Shown here: piece after piece, positions 41,312-50,362 of the stretch
Layout: each line of letters begins with the position of its first letter
Numbering within the stretch: position 1 is the stretch's first letter
From: an uncultured virus (IMG/VR IMGVR_UViG_2839031043_000001)
Lineage: Duplodnaviria > Heunggongvirae > Uroviricota > Caudoviricetes
DNA length: 64,000 nucleotides
Reading direction: 5' to 3' (one strand)
Virus record (IMG/VR): IMGVR_UViG_2839031043_000001
Notes under the pieces: model-generated
What the model was told of the DNA's origin: nothing
What the model saw: only the letters and a program-made list of their open reading frames with translations
The model's database searches: none
Translations under genes and position numbers: made by a program

Positions 41312-42811
41312 TTATTTACCTAAAAATCCTTTAACAATTTGAGATGCTGTTAAAACGCCATCTCCATCTCCGTTGTTAAGTGTTGACTTAGCAGCCTTAA
41401 AACCATCCTTGCTACTGGTCTCGAAGTTGTTACTGTTATTTGTATCATTCTTGTTATGCTTGAACTTTTCAATTGCACGACGACCCTTAATAACTTCAAT
41501 TTTACTTTGACTTGACTCAAGGTTTTCAAGGGTTAGGTCTGAAAAGATAGTAGACAATTCTTCATCTTGTTCCAATTCTTCGGAAGTAATCAGATCTGCA
41601 TCAAGAGCAAAAGTTTTTAGTTCATCCTTCTTTTCAGCTAATAGTCGTTGCTTTTCTGCTTGTTCCATTTCCTCGACTTTTTCCTTAAAAGGAGTCAGCT
41701 CAGAAATGGTGGTTTCTAATTGTTCTTTTTGCTTAGAAATCTCTGTCAATGATTTTCCAGCCTCGGCTATTTGACTTTCTGCTTCTGCCAGTTTTTCTTG
41801 AAGCTCTGACACTTGAGTGTCAACAGCGGCTTTTGGCACAAATACCATCTCAACTTGTTTCTGGCTAGTAATACTTATAGTATCATCAGAATTAACGCTG
41901 TAAGTAAACTCAATAAAGTCAGAGTCCTTATCTCTATTCCAGTCATATGCAATAGCTCTATATTCGTAAGGGTAGATCATTGACATATAGTAGTATTTTT
42001 CTTGAGTGGTGCTGTTAATTGCTTTTCTTACTTTTCGATAAACATCATTCTCTGTGAGAGCAGAGGTGTTAAGATTTTTACCTTTATCCACTTGTTCATT
42101 TCCTCCTTCACTGTGTAATAATTCATTGTCTTTGGTTGGTGTATTATCTGTTTCATTCTTTTCGGCTAAAGCCAGAATATCCTGCGAGAGAGCATCAGCC
42201 AATTCTGTATCTTCTAGTTCGCTTGCCACATTAATCAATCCACTGCTTTTGTAGGCAGGTTGCACATCTGCACCAAGAACCGCATGTCCGATAAATACCC
42301 CTGAATCGATAACCTTGATGTTCTTATTTTTTATTTTTTCAGAATGAGATTCATTTACGCTAATCTCCCAAGACGTTTTAATTCCTTTTTTACTTTTAGC
42401 TCGTTGTTCGAAGACTTTGTATGCTCTTTTAAATCTCTTCCAAATTTTTGCTTGTGCTACAATATACTCAATGTCATCAATTGTTTCAATTCCAACGCTA
42501 TAGAATGTACCAAATGCATCAGTGTCAAATTCAACAGATTTGATGATATTACCATCTTCATCTGCTTCTTCAATGATTCGAGCATTATGACCAGTGAAAT
42601 CGTCTTTCCCGCCGATTTTTTTGATTACTTTACCAACCACTGGCTTGTTAACCAGTGTGTCTAGCCAATCTTCGATTGTTTCCCGATTTAATGAAACATC
42701 ATTAGCGTTAGGGGAGAAGTCACAGATGATAAATTTTGCGTCAGCGCAATCACTTGAGTTATCTTCACTTAAAAAAATAGGAAAAAAACTATCTAATTTA
42801 ATTCGATCCAT
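41312..42811 (-). CDS. Prohead protease-scaffold (YonD-like)
   Basis: 'KPVVGK..DFTGH..TSWEI..FIGHAVLG..V.PAY' protease-like N-terminus plus acidic coiled coil. Confidence 0.7.
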   Translation of the reverse strand: MDRIKLDSFFPIFLSEDNSSDCADAKFIICDFSPNANDVSLNRETIEDWLDTLVNKPVVGKVIKKIGGKDDFTGHNARIIEEADEDGNIIKSVEFDTDAFGTFYSVGIETIDDIEYIVAQAKIWKRFKRAYKVFEQRAKSKKGIKTSWEISVNESHSEKIKNKNIKVIDSGVFIGHAVLGADVQPAYKSSGLINVASELEDTELADALSQDILALAEKNETDNTPTKDNELLHSEGGNEQVDKGKNLNTSALTENDVYRKVRKAINSTTQEKYYYMSMIYPYEYRAIAYDWNRDKDSDFIEFTYSVNSDDTISITSQKQVEMVFVPKAAVDTQVSELQEKLAEAESQIAEAGKSLTEISKQKEQLETTISELTPFKEKVEEMEQAEKQRLLAEKKDELKTFALDADLITSEELEQDEELSTIFSDLTLENLESSQSKIEVIKGRRAIEKFKHNKNDTNNSNNFETSSKDGFKAAKSTLNNGDGDGVLTASQIVKGFLGK

Positions 42812-42848
42812 AATATTGTTTATTCACCACCTTTCTACAGAGTAAAGG

Positions 42849-43004
42849 TTATCCAAGTTCAATGCTAAAAGCCTCAAGAGTTTCTTTCGATGGTTCAGGC
42901 AATGAATCTGAAACTAAAGTCAATTCAATACAATCGTCTTCATTAACTAAGATCCTCAAACACTCATTACAACATGGGCATACTGTCTTTTGCACTCGAA
43001 GCAT
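42849..43004 (-). CDS. Small 51-aa CPCC protein MLRVQKTVCPCCNECLRILVNEDDCIELTLVSDSLPEPSKETLEAFSIELG (not in the ORF track)
   Basis: Fills the portal-protease gap on the operon strand. Confidence 0.55.
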   Translation of the reverse strand: MLRVQKTVCPCCNECLRILVNEDDCIELTLVSDSLPEPSKETLEAFSIELG

Positions 43005-43012
43005 GGCTTACA

Positions 43013-44611
43013 TTACCTACCTACATTTTTATTATAATCAGTGTCATAATCTTGCTTATCAACATCATCAGATTCTGAGGGACGTCCAACATCATCTTCA
43101 CTATTACCGTTATTGGTGTAAGCTGTTTGGCGTGGAGCAAATATATATTCGTATCCCATTTCTTTCTCTTGTTGTCTCAGTTTAGCTTCGGTTTTAACAT
43201 CTAGCCCAAGAACTTTATAAGTGGTTGTTAATGAGGCATTCATCTCTGTGTTAAGCATGCGAGCCAAATTCATAGACAATTCCACACTCAGCTTTTCAGA
43301 ATCAATTACCTTAATTTTAGGGCAGTATTTAGGATCAATGCCATTATCAATAAGGATGCCTTTGTACCACTTTACTAAAATCGATTCTAACTGCTCACCG
43401 ATCTTATTGATCATCTTCATTAATTCTTCAATGCTAATTTTTGAGCTGCCATAACCTTTGTCAGCAGAACTTAGATAGGCGATGCCAACACTTGTCATGA
43501 TTTCTTGTCTGTATTGGTTCTTAATTTGAACATTCGTTTGTTCAAGTTTAGGCTCAATGTACTCAATATTTTCTGTCCATGGGGTGCCTGTGAATACACT
43601 CGTACCTTTGCTGTTTAATGCTGCCATTAGATCAACATGAGCTTTGGCTTGTGCTGCACTCCAAGTAATATTAGGCAGATTACCTTGTGTAACCAACTCT
43701 TTAATCAGCTTTTGAAAGATGATCTTTTTACCACGGACAAGTGTATTCTTGTCATCAGACAATTCGATATTCTCCAAGCGAATAGAAGACTTTAAAGCTC
43801 TAAAAATAGGGGAGAGACCATATTTTCGTTTAAGATTATTGATTCGAATTAGACCCGAGTTCTCAATGTCCAGCTTTGCATATGATTCTTTATTTGAGTA
43901 AGCCTTATAAACCTCATTCGGGTATGTGTCTTTGATTTCTTCATCCATGTCTTTATAGAACAAAGGTTTGTTGTTTTTGTTTTTTTTGTATATCTTCCTT
44001 AATCTTGATTCCAATTCTTTAATATTGATAAGAACATAAGGTTCGCTTGCAACTTCATAATCTGCAACTTCACATATGCTAAGAGGGTAGTAGTCAACTT
44101 GATAGCGTTGCTTGTCTGCATCTTTCCGCAGGTAAATTGCATAGTTTCCTTCTAGATATGTCATTGGTATGGATTCAGTAATCAATTTACTTAACCCAAT
44201 TTTCTCATTGAAATCCTTAATCAGACTGTCTACTTCTTCATAGATATTTTTCTCATCTTCCGAATAATTTGGATAGCTTAAAGTCCATTCTGAATTTACG
44301 TTCGTTTCAATTGCTTCATAGACTTTACCCAAAATATCATTCTTATTTACATAATATCTAACGATATTATTGATTTGAATAATGTTATTGAGGTTTGACT
44401 GTGCATTAAGAGCGAGGCGGTCAATATCTTCAATTTTAAAATTGATTAGAGTAGAGCTTTCGTTAAAGTAGGTGGATCGGTAGTTCGAGTTGTTATTGTA
44501 ATCGTATATGGCTTTCTCAAGAATTTGCTTTTCGTTTTCTTGGGCAGTAATTACAAAAGTATTTTGGTCTAATTGAGATATAAGTTCATTTGAAGACACA
44601 AAGTTTTTCAC
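43013..44611 (-). CDS. Portal protein (YonE-like)
   Basis: 532 aa directly after TerL; 'YGLSP', acidic 'GRP' tail. Confidence 0.78.
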   Translation of the reverse strand: MKNFVSSNELISQLDQNTFVITAQENEKQILEKAIYDYNNNSNYRSTYFNESSTLINFKIEDIDRLALNAQSNLNNIIQINNIVRYYVNKNDILGKVYEAIETNVNSEWTLSYPNYSEDEKNIYEEVDSLIKDFNEKIGLSKLITESIPMTYLEGNYAIYLRKDADKQRYQVDYYPLSICEVADYEVASEPYVLINIKELESRLRKIYKKNKNNKPLFYKDMDEEIKDTYPNEVYKAYSNKESYAKLDIENSGLIRINNLKRKYGLSPIFRALKSSIRLENIELSDDKNTLVRGKKIIFQKLIKELVTQGNLPNITWSAAQAKAHVDLMAALNSKGTSVFTGTPWTENIEYIEPKLEQTNVQIKNQYRQEIMTSVGIAYLSSADKGYGSSKISIEELMKMINKIGEQLESILVKWYKGILIDNGIDPKYCPKIKVIDSEKLSVELSMNLARMLNTEMNASLTTTYKVLGLDVKTEAKLRQQEKEMGYEYIFAPRQTAYTNNGNSEDDVGRPSESDDVDKQDYDTDYNKNVGR

Positions 44612-44630
44612 CTCACTTTCTTAAGGGACA

Positions 44631-46472
44631 TTAGAGGATAATATTTAGAGTCGAGACTTGTGTGGGGATAGTTGTCAAGTCAATGTCTTCTTTTTTTACT
44701 TGAAGTTCTTTTTCTTTTAAGCTAATAAAATAGTTTCCATAAGCCAAACTTGCATATCTGTCTTTTCTTTTCCCTGATTGTTCTTTAAGCTTAACGAACT
44801 TTGGATGTTCTAACCTTTCCAGCAGAACCATTTCATTTTCAAGCAAGACAGTTTGTAAGTAGGGGTTTAACAATTCAATTTGCTCTTCGGTGCTTAATTT
44901 ATTGAACCAAGCCTCATGCAAGAAGTATTCTCTAATATCATTTTTAGAAACTAAGAAGTTAATTCGCTTATTTATAATTTTATCTTTCAAGTCTAATGCA
45001 ATATCGTGGTTAAATTCTTCTGTGGCAGAGACGGTAAATATCTTCTCTTCATAGTCGTCTTCTATGTGGAAAGCTGCAAGCTTAGGGTCGTCTTTCTCGT
45101 TCATGGAGTAGAATGGAGGATATTCTTTTTTTCTTTCCTCGTCATACTGTCTTCTACATAAATACCCATAAACACTGATACCATTACCTTGTCTATCTAG
45201 CACTATATAATCACATTCAAAATCATCAAAAAGCCTTCTGATAATAAAGGATTGGGTTTCTGGATGTAGACCTTGGTGGGCTTCGATATTCAAAACTTCT
45301 CGTTTATATCTTGTGCCATTTTTGGTCTTCTTTGCAGTAATAAGAGTATAAACAGAGGCATCATTGGCATCTCCACCAAGCAACGCAATATCACATGATA
45401 GGATGCGAATCTCGTTTTCTTCTTTCTTACGTATTATATTTTTATTCTTAATAAGGGATGACAGTTCTCTTTTATATATTGGAAATTGGATAGTTTTAAT
45501 TTCTTTGATTTCTTCAGTCTTAAAGTATGCTTTTTCACTTTCCCCAAAGAACAAAGAATCCATTTCCATGTGCCAGCCTACTTCATCAATATCATCTTCA
45601 GCCAACTCATCAAGTAATTGCTCTCTATTTACTAGATTTTCTTTAATAGCAATTTGATAGGGGAGACCACAAACAAAGTATTTTTTACCATCGAGCATAG
45701 CATTTATAAAAACTTTGAAGCGCTCATACGACCAATTAAATTTGTAATAACATGAAGTCAAGAAAATCTCTTGATTACGCTCAAGATATTCTTGCTTATT
45801 TTTATATTCAGGATTTTCTAAGAATCCCGGCTGCCGAGATGCTGCAAGAAATCGTCTTAGTACATTTTTATAAATCAATGGGTCAATCATTCGAAATTCA
45901 TCTAACACCAATAGGTTTGCACGAGCCGAACGAGCGCCTTGAGTTGCTGCTACCACTTTAATCCATGAGCCATTGAGAAACTCTACGTTAGGATCATCGG
46001 TATTCATCGAAGTGCGAATTGATCCCTTAATTTCCCGTTTTAGCATGCCAGTTTTAGACTGATTTATTAATTCAGGTATTTTCTCAGTGACAATCTTCAT
46101 TCCTTGGGACTTCTGACCAGCAGCAATAACGATTTTAGTTCCCGGAAAAAGAATACATTTAACTACACAATAGAGTGCTGTTAAATAACTCTTACCTAAC
46201 CCACGGCTTGCAAAAAAAGCAGTGTAGTTATAAATAATCATGCAATAAAGCAATATCTTTTGAAAAGGCTTTAGAGACAATCCAAGATATTCTTCAGCAA
46301 AGACATCTGGTCGAGAACGATAGAAGGATGCCCAACTTGCAATTCCATTCATTAATTTTTGTGATTTAGTTACATTATCTGAGCTTTTGTTGTAATTATT
46401 CACCTTGTCAAACACACCAATGGCATTTTTTTGCTTGTTTCGCTTTACTGAAAAATTCTTATAGCCTGCCAT
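44631..46472 (-). CDS. terL: Terminase large subunit (YonF-like)
   Basis: LKPFQ, ASRGLGKS (Walker A), LVLDEF (Walker B), DIA..ND nuclease, KDRY. Confidence 0.92.
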   Translation of the reverse strand: MAGYKNFSVKRNKQKNAIGVFDKVNNYNKSSDNVTKSQKLMNGIASWASFYRSRPDVFAEEYLGLSLKPFQKILLYCMIIYNYTAFFASRGLGKSYLTALYCVVKCILFPGTKIVIAAGQKSQGMKIVTEKIPELINQSKTGMLKREIKGSIRTSMNTDDPNVEFLNGSWIKVVAATQGARSARANLLVLDEFRMIDPLIYKNVLRRFLAASRQPGFLENPEYKNKQEYLERNQEIFLTSCYYKFNWSYERFKVFINAMLDGKKYFVCGLPYQIAIKENLVNREQLLDELAEDDIDEVGWHMEMDSLFFGESEKAYFKTEEIKEIKTIQFPIYKRELSSLIKNKNIIRKKEENEIRILSCDIALLGGDANDASVYTLITAKKTKNGTRYKREVLNIEAHQGLHPETQSFIIRRLFDDFECDYIVLDRQGNGISVYGYLCRRQYDEERKKEYPPFYSMNEKDDPKLAAFHIEDDYEEKIFTVSATEEFNHDIALDLKDKIINKRINFLVSKNDIREYFLHEAWFNKLSTEEQIELLNPYLQTVLLENEMVLLERLEHPKFVKLKEQSGKRKDRYASLAYGNYFISLKEKELQVKKEDIDLTTIPTQVSTLNIIL

Positions 46473-46474
46473 CG

Positions 46475-47377
46475 TTATTCATCCTCAAATTCATCATCTT
46501 TATTGACATCTTTGAAATTAATGGTGTAATCACCAATGGCCTTATCATATTTTTCAGTCATCTCATTATTAAGACCTTCCATTTTAGCTAGATGACCAAC
46601 CATATATGTATCTATATACATCTTCATTTCGTCTTCGAGTGCTTTTGGTACAGGTTTATCATTTTCCCATTTTTTAATCAAAACTCCAAAAGTTAATTGG
46701 TCGTTTGCTTCTGCTCCTGTTGCTTGAATGGGTTTCATTTTGGCGTCATTCATTAAGTCACTTCGGATCTTTATCAACTTACTAATTTCTGTACTTCCAT
46801 TGGCACGTTGTTCACCACGGATTTTTTCGATATCTAAATTGATGAAGCAGATGTCTCGCATAATCATTTCCATGCCATAATCAGGGCATTCGAAACTAGA
46901 CATCAATTTCATTTTTTCTTCTTCAAGAAATTCATACTGTTCTTTACTGTAACCTTTACCCCAATAGCTAAATAGTTCTTGGATGTCAACTTCAGAGTCA
47001 AACTCAAAGTCTTTCTCGTTAACTTCAACCTGCTTCCCCTCATTCAAAAAGAAGGTGCTATCTTTGAACTGACTCTTCTTATGTTGTGGGAGTGAGGAGA
47101 TTGGAGGTATATACTTTTCCCATGACTTCTCTAAGTTAATCCATTCACTGTTTAAATATGGCTTATTGAGCAACGCAAGTACTAATACGACTCTATTAAA
47201 GTACTCTGATTCATTACTGCTCTCAGAGATATATTTTTGGATACAAGTTTTGCATATTGGTAATTGTTTCATTTCACTCGAAAAAAGTGGATTACTGTTC
47301 ATATAGAAGTTAGCAGGAACTTTTTCAGATCCACATCCCATACAGACAATTTTCTTATTCTTTTTTGTTGTGCTCAT
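46475..47377 (-). CDS. Putative terminase small subunit (N-terminal CxxC..CxxC; YonG-like)
   Basis: Immediately upstream of TerL; WGKGY..E.Y.FL motif. Confidence 0.55.
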   Translation of the reverse strand: MSTTKKNKKIVCMGCGSEKVPANFYMNSNPLFSSEMKQLPICKTCIQKYISESSNESEYFNRVVLVLALLNKPYLNSEWINLEKSWEKYIPPISSLPQHKKSQFKDSTFFLNEGKQVEVNEKDFEFDSEVDIQELFSYWGKGYSKEQYEFLEEEKMKLMSSFECPDYGMEMIMRDICFINLDIEKIRGEQRANGSTEISKLIKIRSDLMNDAKMKPIQATGAEANDQLTFGVLIKKWENDKPVPKALEDEMKMYIDTYMVGHLAKMEGLNNEMTEKYDKAIGDYTINFKDVNKDDEFEDE

Positions 47378-47550
47378 CTATACACCTCCATAAAAGAAAA
47401 TAGGGAAGAGGGAGGGGAGGGCTACCTCTTGTCAGATCGCTCCTATCCCTACTCAAGACAACTAAAAGAGAGTTGTCTTAGACTGCGCCCAGTGGGGTTT
47501 GTAGGCGCAGATAAGATAACTCTTGGTAGGGGAGGGGGAGTCCTTAGTAT

Positions 47551-47868
47551 TTATTTTAGCTCTTCCATCAATGACGATGATAATGCTAGCAAACGAATAT
47601 TTGAAATACCAAGCTTTCGATAGTTGTCTTCAAATATTAAGTGAGAAGTATTACTTAATTTCTCACACAAATCAATCTCATACTTCAATAGACAATGAAA
47701 CTCCCAAAACTTATTGCCATAATTACCATAAATATAAGAAATAAGTCGTTTTTCGTTGATAAGTGATTCAAGTAAATCATCTTTTAAATCTATTTTGTTA
47801 TCAATTAATGTGTTTATTCCCTGAAGGAAATATACAATCATTGAACTGTCAATCTTTCGTTGTTGCAC
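47551..47868 (-). CDS. Hypothetical protein
   Basis: ORF with RBS GGAGG. Confidence 0.55.
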   Translation of the reverse strand: MQQRKIDSSMIVYFLQGINTLIDNKIDLKDDLLESLINEKRLISYIYGNYGNKFWEFHCLLKYEIDLCEKLSNTSHLIFEDNYRKLGISNIRLLALSSSLMEELK

Positions 47869-47914
47869 TTCAAATCCTCCAATGCGTCGTCAATAAAATT
47901 AATATTTGATGGGA

Positions 47915-48232
47915 TTATTTGCAATGACAGCGTGAATTACAAACTAAGTCGCCTTCATCATCTAAGACATCAATTTCCATATCATGCAGATCGCCCAATT
48001 TAAGTGTGATTTCTTCATGAATATAGTGTTTAACTTCGTTATCTGAGGCAGCATCATAAAACTCAAGCAGATAAGAATAAAGTTCGTCTTCTGATTTGGC
48101 ATTTTTAATTACAGAGTAGAATTCAGCAACAATATCTTCAGCATCACGCAAATTGATATTAATTTTATTTGTTTCAAGTTTGCATCCACTACAAGAATTA
48201 GCATCAAAGTTAAACCCAGTGAATGGTTCCAA
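47915..48232 (-). CDS. Hypothetical acidic protein
   Basis: ORF with RBS GGAGG. Confidence 0.55.
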   Translation of the reverse strand: MEPFTGFNFDANSCSGCKLETNKININLRDAEDIVAEFYSVIKNAKSEDELYSYLLEFYDAASDNEVKHYIHEEITLKLGDLHDMEIDVLDDEGDLVCNSRCHCK

Positions 48233-48247
48233 GGTCAGACCTCCAAG

Positions 48248-49441
48248 TTAAAGTAGAATTTTATAGGTGCAAATCTGACCAGTTTCATCAAAGATTAGCA
48301 TCTTTTGCGCTGGCTTACTTACCTTGCGGATATCCCTCGCATACTCATCAGTGCCAGACAGAGAGGGATTAACAATGACATCAATGCCATTGAACTCTTT
48401 CTCCCAATTGTGATGATAATGTCCCATACAAACAGCAATAGGGAACAGTTTTAGCATAACAGTAAGGTTTTGAGCAACTTCAGATACTCGATCCTTGTGT
48501 CCGTGTGTACCAAAAACTATATGACCTGCAATATTTGCTACTATCATTTCATCATCATATGTATTCTCCATGACCTGAAGGTTAGGAATGTGAGACGTTC
48601 TTGCTTGCACGAACCATGGGACAATATCAGCAAAACTTTCTTTAGAAATAGCATCATGCTTGTTTGCAGTCACACGATCATGATTCCCACGAACGCTGTA
48701 GAATTTAACTTCCTCAAACTCACTTGCGAATTTTGCAAGTACTTCACTCATTACCTCAGACACTACTTTTACTTGTGAGATTATGTCTTCAGAGTTCTGT
48801 ACTCGAACAGATACATGAAGAATACCGCTAACAATGTCTCCCAAGTTAAAAGCATGAAGTTTCTTTACTCCATGCAATTTTCCATATTCAATTGTTTTAT
48901 GTACTAATTTCTTTACACGGTCATGGAAGATTGCAGGGTTGAATTTGTTAAAGAAGTTATCGGATTCAATTCCATAATGCCAATCAGAAAAGAGTACAAC
49001 TGCTTCTTTATCACCAATGGACTTATATGGACTGCTCCAATTTAAGGGTTTAAGGTTGGCAACTTCCTTGACAGCCTTGATGATTTCATCTTTTAAGTGG
49101 TCATATCGAGCATCATTGCGGATGAGGTTCCTAAATTCACGTTTTTGGTCTTGTACTTGATATTTAGTTTTCTCATATTGAATAATTTTGTCTTCTATAT
49201 CATTTGGTTCAGTTTCGACTTTTTTAAGAATCTTAGGCTGCTCATTGATAAAGTTAGGAATACGTTTCCGATACTTCCTGAAGTAGTCATCACTTTTATG
49301 CTCACCTGTATGGTCGAACCATAATTGAGAAATGTCATGCCAAGATAAACCAAGCGCCTCTTTATTTAGCACAAGACGGTCTTTGTACTGATTCAATGTC
49401 TCATCGATTTGACGTAGAGTAGGGGAGAGAGTAGTCATCAA
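48248..49441 (-). CDS. Calcineurin-like metallophosphoesterase (YonJ-like)
   Basis: SDWH, GD, GNHD, HGH, GHYH motifs. Confidence 0.88.
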   Translation of the reverse strand: MMTTLSPTLRQIDETLNQYKDRLVLNKEALGLSWHDISQLWFDHTGEHKSDDYFRKYRKRIPNFINEQPKILKKVETEPNDIEDKIIQYEKTKYQVQDQKREFRNLIRNDARYDHLKDEIIKAVKEVANLKPLNWSSPYKSIGDKEAVVLFSDWHYGIESDNFFNKFNPAIFHDRVKKLVHKTIEYGKLHGVKKLHAFNLGDIVSGILHVSVRVQNSEDIISQVKVVSEVMSEVLAKFASEFEEVKFYSVRGNHDRVTANKHDAISKESFADIVPWFVQARTSHIPNLQVMENTYDDEMIVANIAGHIVFGTHGHKDRVSEVAQNLTVMLKLFPIAVCMGHYHHNWEKEFNGIDVIVNPSLSGTDEYARDIRKVSKPAQKMLIFDETGQICTYKILL

Positions 49442-49449
49442 GTCACTCC

Positions 49450-49671
49450 TTACTCTTGATCGTCTTCTTGTTCATCATCTTCCTGATCAACAAGAAACTC
49501 AGAATCATCGCTCTCAATAGAAATGGAGAATTTAACCAAATTTCCATCATACTTACCTAAAACTTTACGTAAGTCATATACTTTTAATGCTTTCTTGGTT
49601 TCTTCTGTAATACGCATCATATCAAGTTCAAGAACACCTGTTACACCAAATTTAGAATCATACTGTGCCAT
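49450..49671 (-). CDS. yonK: YonK-family protein
   Basis: 'G.L.LD.M.ITE.TK.....YDL..VL..YDG..V..SI' matches SPbeta YonK; syntenic. Confidence 0.75.
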   Translation of the reverse strand: MAQYDSKFGVTGVLELDMMRITEETKKALKVYDLRKVLGKYDGNLVKFSISIESDDSEFLVDQEDDEQEDDQE

Positions 49672-49876
49672 AAATCAATTACCTCCCATAATTGAATGAA
49701 ATCCTCTTTTTATCTTGATATTCAAATAGGGGAGAGGTGTAATCACCAATCCCCAGTAACAACCTCCATTACTTTGCGCTCAGTTGCGCGGGGCGCGGAG
49801 ACCCATGCGGTAATGGTCGCATAACATTCTTCTTAGTCACAAACTGCTCAATCGAGCATTCACATTCATCTATGTA

Positions 49877-50149
49877 TTATTTCACCAATTCTTTGAGTGC
49901 TTTTGCTGGTTTAAAAGCAGGTACTTTTGTAGCAGAAATTTCAATTTCCTCACCAGTTTGTGGATTACGACCTTTACGAGCCGCACGTTCACGAACTTCG
50001 AAGTTACCAAAGCCGATCAGTTGGACTTTATCACCAGTTTTCAATGCATCTGCAATTGCGTCAAGAACTGCATCAACTGCTTTTGTTGCATCTTTCTTGG
50101 TGAGTTCTGTGGTTTCAGCCACTTTTGCAATCAGTTCTGTTTTGTTCAT
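49877..50149 (-). CDS. hup: HU DNA-binding protein (YonN-like)
   Basis: [39 protein letters not shown]. Confidence 0.97.
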   Translation of the reverse strand: MNKTELIAKVAETTELTKKDATKAVDAVLDAIADALKTGDKVQLIGFGNFEVRERAARKGRNPQTGEEIEISATKVPAFKPAKALKELVK

Positions 50150-50362
50150 TTATTTAATCCTCCCAGATTTAATTTTATTTATTATTGAAAGGGGAACATT
50201 TGCCTCTTCACTTTGTATATCAGGATATGTTGTCCCTTAAAAGACCATTATCATAAAATTGATGAAAACCTTGGCGCGCAAGGAGTTTGCTGATTTAATC
50301 CCATCATTGAATCAGAGGAAAGGTAGTACAAACCCTTGTGCAACATGTAATACAAAGATTTT

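Noticed and set aside
49765..49820. tRNA or hammerhead ribozyme
   Set aside because: No TTCRA T-loop or cloverleaf, and no CUGANGA/GAAA core
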